A DNA stretch of 64,000 bases from Mobula hypostoma (lineage: Eukaryota): assembly GCF_963921235.1 (NCBI RefSeq), contig NC_086097.1, forward strand, positions 125,862,001 through 125,926,000, in the 5' to 3' direction. The translations under genes and the position numbers were made by a program. This document shows positions 11,401 through 23,400 of this stretch, in pieces (the first letter of the stretch is position 1; each line of letters opens with the position of its first letter). The notes under the pieces are model-generated. The model searched no databases. It saw only the letters and a program-made list of their open reading frames with translations, and was not told where the DNA came from.

Positions 11401-14400
11401 TGAATACCCTCATTCAAAACATAAATAGCTACATAAAACAATCAAAATTTATAGAAAAGGGCTTGCATCTTGCATCATTTGGCTGTCTAACCTTAAGTAA
11501 CAATTGCAAGAACAAAAGCAAACACACAATTTAAATTCAATTCAACTTAATCTTAATGCAGAATACATTTCTCTACAAAACCTATATTTCTAAAAAAAAT
11601 GAACTTCAGCTTTAATACATACAAATATTAGGCAGTTAATAAAATAATTTAGCTTCATTAACTGCCAAAATAGGTGCAGTGTCTATGAACTTTGTCAAAA
11701 TCACATCTTTGCTTAAAACACAGTGTAGTGGTTAGCATAACGGTTTTACAGCTCAGGGCGTTGGAGCTCAGAGTTCAATTCGTCGTTCGTATGGAGTCTG
11801 TATGTACTCCCCCATGCAATTGATAGGTTTACTTCGGGTCCTCCGATTTCCTTCCACAATCCAAAGATGTACCAGTTAGTAGGTTAATTGGACATTGTAA
11901 ATTATCCTGTGATTAGGCTAGGGTTAAATTGGGGATTGCTGAGTGGTGCATCTCAAAGCGCCAGAAGGGCCAATTCCGCATCGCACCTCTAAATAAATAA
12001 TCGTATCAACATCTCAATTCAGCCATTACCCAGCATTAGTCCCAATTCCAGAAAATCTAAAGTGAATTTAAATATTATTTTGACCATTTAAAAAATCTTC
12101 ACCTCTTACATGATTAATTGGGACACTAATGAATGTACATGAGGAAATCAATTACTGTGGGATACCTTCAGAATGCCTTCTTAATACAAGGTTATAAACC
12201 ACACAAAAAAACCAAGTCCACATATTTATTATCGAAGTATACGTATGTCACCATATTCTACCTGAAGATTTAGCAGGTATTTACAGAAAAATAAAGAAAT
12301 ACAATAGAATTTATCAACATCTATATATAAACAAAGATTGATAAACAACCAATGTACAAAAGATGACAAATTGTGCAAATAAAAAAATAAATACTGAGAA
12401 CATGAGTTGGAGAGTCTTTGAAAGTGACTCTGTAGGTTGTGGAGTATGTTCAGAGTTGAGGTGAGTGAAGTTATTTAGGCTGGTTGAAGAGCTTAATGGT
12501 TGTAGGGTACTAACTTCTGAACCCAAGGCTCTTGTACCCTTGCCCAATGGTAGTAGCCGGAAGGGAATATAGCCTAAATGGCAAGGGTGCTTGATGATGG
12601 ATAATGGTTTCTTGTGGCAATGCTCCTTGTAAATATGCTCAATGGACTTGGCTGTATGGACTTGACTTTTCCATTCCTGGGCATTAGTGTTTCCATACTA
12701 GGCTGTGATGCAACCATTCAGGATACTCTCCAGTGTGCACCTATAGAAGTTTGTCAAAGCTACTGATGCCATGCCAAATAGAGCAGTGTACTGTACGTAT
12801 ACATGACAGGGTGCATTTGTATGGCAACTATAGTGAAAATGCTACTCCCTTAAAACATGGCAAATATGAACACTGAGGGAAAAGAAACAGGAAGGCACAT
12901 CATCGAGTATGTGCTCACAACGTTTATGCTTAAAAATCACCGTAAAAGGAAGAAGCAAAGATATTCAGCCAGGGAGCCTATAATCTAGATAGTTTAAAGC
13001 ACATATGCCAATGAGGGAAAGTAAGAGGGAAGTGCACTAAGTGACATTGTGAGCAGAGGAAATGACATAGGAAGGGACATGATTTACTGCAATGTTAAGC
13101 TTGCCAACTCAAACATCATAGCTATACACAGCTTGGTTCAGAGTAGAACATGGACAACGATTTGGATGTTACAAATGGCATCCAGTGCTCCCGGTGCGGC
13201 CTCCTCTACGTCGGTGAAACCCGACGCAGACTGGGGGACCGTTTCGTCGAGCACCTCCACTCCGTCCGCCAAAACAGACAGGATCTCCCAGTAGCCACCC
13301 ACTTCAACTCTGCTTCCCACTCCCATTCAGATAAGTCCATACATGGCCTCCTCTACTGCCATGATGAGGCTAAACTCAGGTTGGAGGAGCAACACCTCAT
13401 ATACCGTCTAGGTAGTCTCCAGCCCCTTGGTATGAACATAGAATTCTCCAACTTCCGGTAATTCCCTCCCCCTCCCTTCCTCTATCCCTATTTCACTCTA
13501 CCCCCTCCCCCAGCTCCCTCCTGGTTCCGCCTCCTTCTACTACCCACTGTGTTTTCCCCTATTCTTTCTTCACCTTTTCTGCCTATCACCTCCCTGCCTC
13601 CCCTCCCCCACCCCTTTATCTTTCCCCTTACTGGTTTTTCACCTGGAACCTACCAGCCTTCTCCTTCCCACCCTCCCCCCACGTTCTTTATAGGGCCTCT
13701 GCCCCTTCCCTCTACAGTCCTGACGAAGGGTTTCAGCCTGAAATGTCGACCGATCTTTTCCACAGATGCTGCCCACCTGCTGAGTTCCTCCAGCATGTTG
13801 TGAGTGTTGCTTTGACCCCAGCATCTGCAGATTATTTTGTGTTTACCTAGCTCCCTTAATCTCTGATCATAATGCATACTCTCTAAACCAGGGAGCATCC
13901 TGGTAAATCTCCTTTGTACCCTTTCCAATGCTTCCACATCCTTCCTATAGTGAGGTGACCAGAACTGGACACAGTACTCCAAGTGTGGCCTAACCAGAGT
14001 TTTACAGAGTTGCATCATTACTTCGCGACTCTTAAACTCTACCCCTCGACTTATGAAAGCTAACACCCCATAAGCTTCCTTAACTACCCTATCTACCTGT
14101 GAGGCAACTTTCAGGGATCTGTGGACATATACCCCCAGATCCCTCTGCTCCTCCACACTACCAAGTATCCTGCCATTTACTTTGTACTCTGCCTTGGAGT
14201 TTGTCTTTCCAAAGTGTACCACCTCACACTTCTCCGGGTTGAACTCCATCTGCCACTTCTCAGCCCACTTCTGCATCCTATTAGTGTCTCTCTGCAATCT
14301 TCGACAATCCTCTACACTATCCACAACACCACCAACCTTTGTGTCATCTGCAAACTTGCCAACCCACCCTTCTACCCCCACATCCAGGTCGTTAATAAAA

Positions 14401-17400
14401 ATCACGAAAAGTAGAGGTCCCAGAACAGATCCTTGTGGGACACCACTAGTCACAACCCTCCAATCCGAATTTACTCCCTCCACCACGACTCTCTGCCTTC
14501 TGCAGGCAAGTCAATTCTGAATCCACCTGGTCAAACTTCCCTGGATCCCATGCTTTCTGACCTTCTGAATAAGCCTACCGTGTGGAACCTTGTCAAATGC
14601 CTGACTAAAATCCATGTAGATCACATCCACCGCACTATCCTCATTTATATGCCTGGTCACCTCCTCAAAGAACTCTATCAGGCTTGTTAGACATGATCTG
14701 CCCTTCACAAAGCCATGCTGACTGTCCCTGATCAGACCATAATTCTCTAAATGCCCACAGATCCTATCTCTAAGAATCTTTTCCAACAGCTTTCCTACCA
14801 CATACGTAAGGCTCACTGGTCTATAATTACCCGGACTATCCCTACTACCTTTTTTGAACAAGGGGACGACATTCGCCTTCGTACAATCCTCGGGTACCAT
14901 TCCCGTGGACAACGAGGACATACAGATCCTCGCCAGAGGCTCAGCAATCTCTTCCCTCGGCTCGTGGAGCAGCCTGGAGAATATTCCGTCAGGCCCGACC
15001 TAATGTATTTTAACAACTCCAACACCTCCTGTCCCTTAATATCAACAAGCTCCGGAACATCAACCTCACTCATATTGTCCTCACCATCATCAAGTTCCCT
15101 CTCATTGGTGAATACTGAAGAGAAGTATTCATTGAGGACCTCGCTCACTTCCACAGCCTCCAGGCACATCTTCCCACCTTTATCTCTAATCGGTCCTACC
15201 TTCACTCCTGTCATCCTTTCGTTCTTCACATAATTGAAGAATGCCTTGGAGTTTTCCTTTACCCTACTCGCCAAGGCCTTCTCATACCCGCTTCTTGCTC
15301 TCCTCAGCCCCTTCTTAAGCTCCTTTCTTGCTACCCTATATTCCTCAGTAGACCCATCTGATCCTTGCTTCCTAAACCTCATGTATGCTGCCTTCTTCCA
15401 CCTGACTAGATTTTCCACCTCACTTGTCACCCATGGTTCCTTCACCCTACCATTCTTTATCTTCCTCACCTGGACAAATTTATCCCTAACATTCTGCAAG
15501 AGATCCCTAAACATCGACCACATGTCCATACTATATTTCACTGCAAAAAATCATCCCAATTCACACCCGCAAGTTCTAGCCTTATAGCCTCATTATTTGC
15601 CCTTCCCCAATTAAAAATTTTCCTGTCCTCTCTGATTCTATCCTTTTCCATGATAATGCTAAAGGCCAGGGAGCGGTGGTCACTGTCCCCCAGATGTTCA
15701 CCCACTGAGAGATCTGTGACCTGACCCAGTTCATTACCTAATACTAGATCTAGTATGGCATTCCCCCTAGTCGGTCTGTCAACATACTGTGTTGGCCTGT
15801 CAACATACTGATGTGCCAAGGATGCAGCCTAAGAGATTAGCTCGCTTTCGGAGTTTCAGGACCTCTTGGCTCTGGAGGTGGACGGACCGAAGGTCGGTGT
15901 CTCTGCAGGAATCCGGGGTGTCGTGGGAGACTGAAGATCTTTGGCTGTGTGCCCAGAGGCCCGAGTTCTTTGGGCACAGAGCTCAGAAAAGGCGACGTAA
16001 CGGACTTTTAACATTGTAAATCAGCAAGTTGTTTGTTATGTCTCTCCTCTTACTATGAAACAGAGAGCCTGTGGTATGTCGAATACGAGTAGTCTTTGGT
16101 GTTCTGTATTTTTGTTGATGTCATGCTGCACACTTGAGTGCTCGGTGAGGGGTGCTGATGCTTTTTTTTTTGCTGGTGGGGGGGGATTGTTGCTTTGCTG
16201 CTGCTTTATCATGGGAGGGGCAGCTGGGGGGCTTTGGGGTTCTAAACATTTAACTGTCATTCATTCTTTGGGGGCACCTCTGTTTTTGTGGATTGTTGAG
16301 CAGTAAAAGCATTTCAGGATGTATATTGTATACATTTCTCCGACATTAAATGTACCTCTGAAACCTTTGAAATAGTCAATATGGGAGCAATTGCTGGTTG
16401 GGGGCACTGATATACTGAAGCAGGTAAGTAAAAAATGAAACATTACCATATAAATAACCAAAGATAGAAGCCTCATGTCTTGAAGTTTCAAGTTAACCGT
16501 ACACCGAATATAGTCAAAAGTCTATTTATATTTTCAACCTTCACATGTAAAATAATACATCACAACACTACACACTGAAAACTGGGACCATGTAAATGTT
16601 CAGGCAAAATTTTCAAACTGAGGGCCTTCAAAATCAACATTATGTAACCAACTAGAAACCTGGATATGATTCTAATTACAAAATTCTTACAAATTTTACA
16701 CATTTTAATCCAAGGGTTGTCATTAGTATTAAGATACTAATTAAATATTATTAAATAATTAGTGAAGTCTTCACCTAGTGCAGATTAAGTTGAACATAAG
16801 GACACATTGAACTCCACTTGACCTGGCTGTGCGTCTGTTCCAGTCCAGTTTTGCATTTTAAAAAAAATCTGCAAACTGTATACAATCCAAATACTCTGCA
16901 CTGGCCAGGGGTTAAAAATGTAAAAGGAACATTTTAAAAGGGCTAGGAAAAGATTAACATTCCTCAAGCTCAATTATTCTGGTTTGACCAACATGATTTA
17001 ACACACCTCCCCCATTGACATGAAAAGGAAAAAAACAAAACTAAGTTCCTGGGGGGGAAAGGGGGTTGTGGGAGATGAAAATTAATTCCTTATTACAGCC
17101 CACCCTGTATATACTGCCCCGTGTTATAACAAAACTTTGAGGATATCATGTCCCCCATGAAGGATGTATTTTCTTTAATTGCAAAATAGAGGGCAAACTT
17201 TGATTTGCCAAGTTTGAGTAAATTAAGTTGTTCAGTTCTCAAAAAAAAAACTTTAAGACTGTATTACGAAGAGAAATTAATGGGCAATGACTAGCAGAGT
17301 TATGGAAAATGTATTCTAATGTCGACAAACATGGAGTGACCAAAATCAGTTTTTGTGGGACCCAACAGTTTATGAACATAGGACAACTATCCCAGACAGA

Positions 17401-20400
17401 GCCTGTGTACAAGACTAATACCCCAGGAGAGTCCGTGTGTGGGGGACCAGGAAAACATTTTAATTAAGAAATACAATGCAACTTGCTTACCTGAGGTACT
17501 GTAGGATTATTTGATTATCTGTGCCAACTGCATCTCATTTGTTATTGCTGATTGGAGATTTGGCACGTAGGTGCCTGCTGCATCTATTTTACCCCTAATA
17601 GCTAATAGTTGATTTTGTGATAAGATACTTGTGGAAGTAACTGATCCTCAGCCACCTGCATCAAACGTGGATAAGAAAGGGCATCGAAATCCACTCCCAA
17701 CATCTGGCTCTACTGACTCCAGTCACAATCACCAATTTAGATAATATTGATACCAGATGAAAATCCATAGAGAGACAATTAAAATAGTACATACCTGTCC
17801 AGCTGTATAAATTTCTACATTGCGTTCATTCTGACCAAGGAAAGCAACACTGCTCGTGGGGAAATTATGCTCCTGCTCAGCTTTACCCGTCGCTAGATCA
17901 AAGATGCAATAGCGTACCCAGCTCCCGGTCTTCAGCACAGTATGAACACCTAGTAGCCAAAGATTTAATAAAATACATATATGATTAAGCAAATCACATT
18001 GTGAGATTTTAGTCATAACTAGATCAATAACCAGGTCTATTATTGGAGGCTTAGCTTTGCTCAATAAGCTTTGCTTTCATTTTCATCAGTTTTATTAAGG
18101 GGTCAGCATCCCTGAGGAAATGTTCAAATAACCTATCAAAAATTATGCTATTTCAAATATGGCATCACTAAATATAGAGTAGGCATTTTTACTTTGGAGA
18201 GGAAGAAATGATAAGTATTTTCAATTCCTGTAATTTTGGTTGGAAAACAGATCCATCCTTTTGAGTAAAGACTCAAGTTTGATGGCACCGTGATGAAAAA
18301 ATATTGATCTTCCAAGCTTTCCATTTATAAAGCCAAATCACAATACTTCTGAAGACCTGTAGTTTGATTTTCTTTACCAATAACCTGCCATAAAGTTTGT
18401 GGGAACAAAGAAATCCCAAATTTAAACATACATACAAAAAGAGTTCAGAAATAAATAGACCGTAGTGAATAAAGGCTTATCTGGTAGGGTAAACCTACAC
18501 ACTCTCAAAGTAGTAATTACAACAGTAAATATATATTAAAAACAACTTCTACTGTAAAACATTCAGGTTAAGCAACAATAATCAGACTAACCAAGAAAAT
18601 CAAAGCTTCCATAGAGGGAAAACCTTATAAAAGGACTGAACACTACCCACAAAAGTACAAGAGAGAGTATTTCAAAAAAATCCTCAATATAAAGCCAGGG
18701 TAAAAGCAAAAAAGAAGTAAATGAGAAAACATGGACCTTAATGGACTGGAATGTACCCAATCCAATTGGTAATTCAGTACAGAGCCAGTGATAACATCCT
18801 CCTCTCAGATTAGGTTATTTGACTCCTATATGCTTGCTTAAACATACTTATCGGAGACAAATTGGAAGCTAGGCCCTTGCATATCTCACTTCCTACTCTG
18901 GCTCTACATATATCACAAATATACTGACCTGTGTGGCTAGATGCTGGTTGCAAAGAGGCTCTGAATTTGACAAGTAACAGAACGCAGTTACTAACCGAGT
19001 GAAAGGTGCAGTGGTTCGCTTACTTTTTCTTTACCTAATTTCCATCACTAGGTTAGCACAGTAGCATGGCAATTAGCATGGCAATTAGCACAATTGCTTT
19101 ACAGTACTAGCAATTACTGATCAGGGTTCCATTCCAACCTCTGTAAGGAGTTTGCATGTTCTCCCCGTGACAGTATGGGCTTCCTCTGGGTGCTCCAATT
19201 TTCTCCCACATTTCAAAGACATATAGTTAGGGTTAGGGTTAGTAAGTTATAGTCATGCTATGTTGGCATTCGAAAGCATGGCGACACCCGTGGGCTGACC
19301 CCATCCATACTTACTCAATGCAAATGCATTTCACTGTGTATAAGTGAAATACACAGATGTGACAAATAAAGCTAATCCTTATCTCTCTTCCAGTAGTTAA
19401 AGGTAAGCTTTATTTTACATTCTTTAAATCAGATGACTGGTTTTAAAAGTTTCAGATACATGCAAACTTTCAAAAAGCAAATAAATGGCTTCAAAATTTG
19501 CTTTGTGAGCCATTACCACAGAATTCAGCGAAGGCGAGTACCTTTGCTTTGTAGACAAGCCTTGGCATCAATTGGTACTACTTGCTCCTTGAGAAAAAGC
19601 ATCATTAAGTGATTGGGGTCAGCTCAATCTATAGACTACTGCAAGGTTAAGATTCAAAACCTTATGTTTAAAAAAAGAGCTATTCTCTCTAATGAGCATA
19701 TTTTCCAGCAAGGATTGGTAAACATTGTTCGGAAACCTTGATTACTTTTCCTCAGGAAGGAAATTTTAAGATTCTAGTTTTTGGAAGCACAGGGATGGAA
19801 TCAATGCAGTTTGAACAACTGATCAGTAAATAATCAAGAAACTCTAGTTTATTTATACACATAAAAAAAGAACTAAATAGTATTGCTACAAAATAATGAT
19901 TTTGCTTTATAGCATTAGGATAGAGATAATATATTTTAAAACATTTTCTATGCATTTTCATATCAGCCCTTTAGGTGATCCTGCCAACCACTTTCATCCT
20001 CAAAAGGTTAATTCAATTTCTGTAGATGTCAATATAGAGGGATTGACCAATTAATCCACATCAAACACTCAAAATATCTTAAATATTCTTTAAAATTAAG
20101 TTTATTTTCATTTCATTATTGTCCCACTTTTGCATGGTTGAAGTTATTTTGTGTCGTATTACCATTTTCTAAAATGAACTTTGAAAGACTGGATTTACTG
20201 TTTGACAACATGTACAGCTGTCAGTGTTGGAATCCAGGTGATAAAACCCCAAAGTTATTAGATTTCATTCCCATTAATTTCCCCAATATTTTTCCAAGCA
20301 ATAATACCAATTTCTTTCACATTCTTCCCAGGTGGTTTTCCTCCATGCTTTTTTTTTGCAAATCCACTGAAGCATTTACAGCCTGTTTTATAGGCATTCA

Positions 20401-23400
20401 TCAGATTACATCAGGGCTCTTCAGCTCCTTGCCAATACCATAGTACTTGCCTTTGCTGAATTCTGACATTTTCTCTAACCTTTAGACTGTTAATTTTGGC
20501 AATACTATTAGCCTTTACACGTTGGGACTAACACACTTAACTTCTCTTTTACAATATTACAGGACCACTCTTTCTGCTGGAATTTTGTTTCTAAAGTACA
20601 TCGATTTTTGTAAGCTATGTACTCATTTTTCAGATACTACTATTGCTCATCTATTAAAATAACTTATCTTGCAATATTTCCAATGAAACAAAGCCAACAC
20701 ATCTCATAACTTAGCAATTGTCTTTGTTTAAATTAAGACCCTAAGTTTAAGACGGAACCAAATTACTTCCAACCATTATGAACCATAAATGAAAAAGACA
20801 AGATGGCAACGGAACAATAGAATACTGTATAGATATTAGAGAAAGGAAACACAAGCTGGAAACTATTCCATCTTAAATGAAGCACTGTGCAAATAGAATG
20901 TCCTTGAGTCGAGTTTTCCTAAATCAGCTGATGAAAATATCTCATTAACTCAAGACATTCACCTTCCACAGCAATTACTACTTTTTCATGCATAGCTTGT
21001 GAAAATTAAAGTCTGTTATGATTACCCTATGACCTTGTTGGATTTGTGAGCAACCTGACCATGTTTAAAAGACCTGATTATGGCTAGAAGTGAAAGCTCA
21101 GTTATTATTATATTATCACCCTGTTTCAATAAAAATCGGCAAATGCACTGCAGTGGTCTTATTATAAATATATGGAGTACAGCATCTGAACTCACCTTTT
21201 GAATCCACATTCACTGCAAGGATCTCCGCTTTGTCTGGAATAGTAAGCTTTTTAGGTGTGCGTTGGAAACAGTCTGGAATCTTTGGTGTTCCACCCGTTT
21301 TCATCACCTGAAGCAAGACAGAGAAGCACCAAAATATAAATCATAATCAGCATTTCAAATACAAGTAACTCAACAAAAAGCTTTCAGTTACAGTAAACGC
21401 ATATGCAAAGTAAATGTTTCACATCAATAATTTACAACTCTTCTGAAGTATACTACAACAACTACACCAAGTCCACTTAGAAAATTTGTGATAGTGTTCA
21501 CTACTTTCAACACAAGGAGTCCAAAGAAACTGAACATTACCAACGCAAAGCAAATGATTGCAGAGAAAGAGCATGGTGCACAAATGGAGTGGCACTTCAA
21601 GACAGGTGTGTAGATGATACTGTAAATGACAAAGACAGAAGATGGCAACGGAACAATAGAATACCGTATAGATATTAGAGAAAGGAAACAAAAGTTGTGA
21701 ACTATTCCATGTTAAATTGGTTGAGGGAGACACAAATTGGGAAGAGAAGTGGTGGGAAAACAGAGTGAATTATGTCATTTATCCTTAGTGGAAGGCACCT
21801 GTCCTCCTCCTGTGCAATAATGGAGGATGACAGAATAGCTTGAAACTGTACACTGAAATGACCAAGGAGAAACCCGGATCTTTCCACCAATGAACTTACC
21901 CAGAGGTTAGAAAAGCTAGAAGATGCCAGCTCAAATCCACCATGTGGTCTGATCACTTAAATGCGCAAGGGTCCAACTAGGCAATTTCAGTCTGGCAGTT
22001 TATAAAATCACATCACAATATCCATAAAATAAACTATAACAAGATCACTGACAAAGGTGACAATAGTGCAGGGAAAACTTACAAAAGAATTCAGAAAAGA
22101 CGGGCTATTATCAAGTTCTTCGGGGAATTAAAAAACCTAAGAAAACTTAAAAGGGTAAACTGCAATGTATAAAGCCTAGGTGAGGAACTGCACTCCCCCC
22201 CCACCCCCCAAAGTCTTTAGCAAGAGACATCAGGCTCAAAAGCAAATGTAAACCACCATTTGTAGATTAAAGATAGAAGAGTTAGTCTACACGGTCTGTT
22301 ATGAGGGCTTGAAGGAAAGCCTGAAACAATTAGAGGATGCACAAATTCAGCACTTATAAAATTCTTAAAGAAAACTTTGCAAAACTGGAAATGTGAACAC
22401 ATTTCAAAAGGATGGGTCAAAATGGGGAGAAAAGCTAGGAAATTACTTCAGTTAGTTGGTTTATTTGAGGAAAACTGTGTGAGTACAAAAAAGGATACAA
22501 TTAGTAAAACACTTGGCAAAACAGGAACTCTTTAAGGCCATTAGGTATGCATTTCTAGAAGAGACTATAGCTGAAATAGAAGATTCTTTGAACGAAGAAG
22601 GGAACATAAGGTTAGACAGAAAGAAGAGCCTGGCAGACAAAAAACAAAGTGCATATGAAAATTCTTTGAACTACAAGGATCAATTCAGAGATCCACAGCA
22701 AAACTCTTGTGTTAAAGCTACTTCAATAATCCATTTGCAACACAACAACCTGCAGTTCATAAATGAAGAGAATATTATTTAATGTTACTCAGTGAGAGCT
22801 TCATAAATAATCATGAAGTCAATGATAAATTGCAGGCAAGTTAACAAATAGATAATGCAATGGGGACAGGGTTCTGAGGGATAGGAAGTTTTCAGCAGAA
22901 ACCCACTTGAAAGGTCTACGAGAAAAAGCCTTAAAGAGTAAAGCAACACACACAAAATGCTGGTGGAATGCAGCAGGCCAGACAGCATCCATAGGAAGAA
23001 GCACAGTCGACATTTCCGGCCGAGATCCTTCATCAGGACTAACTGAAAGAAGAGATAGTAAGTGATTTGAAAGTGGGAGGGGGAGGGGGAGATCTGAAAT
23101 GATAGAAGAAGACAGGAGGGGGAGGGATAGAGCTAAGAGCTGGAAAGTTGATTGGCAGAAGGGATACAAGGCTGGAGAAGGGAGAGGATCATGGGACAGG
23201 AGGCCTAGGGAGAAAGAAAGGGGGAGGGGAGCATCAGAGGAAGATGGAGAGCAGGCAAGGAGTTATTGTGAGAGGGACAGAAAGAGGGGGGAAAAGAGAG
23301 AGAAAAAAGGGGAAAAATAATAAATAAATAAATGAGGGACGGGGTAAGAAGGGAGGAGGGGCATTGACGGAAGTTAGAAAAGTCAATGTTCATACCATCA

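Noticed and set aside
11719..11785. tRNA-like A/B boxes (also 19055, 36900-36985 and 53180-53243)
   Set aside because: No complete cloverleaf; each is followed by a SINE body and tail, so they are SINE heads, not tRNA genes.
13650..14486. 278-aa ORF that looks like an RT with a novel C-terminus
   Set aside because: It is read-through from a truncated CR1 into the antisense strand of the adjacent Penelope tail, so it is a junction artefact.
21720..22900. Unassigned segment with ORF 22513..22782, possibly a decayed DNA transposon
   Set aside because: I could not identify TIRs, a TSD or transposase motifs by eye.
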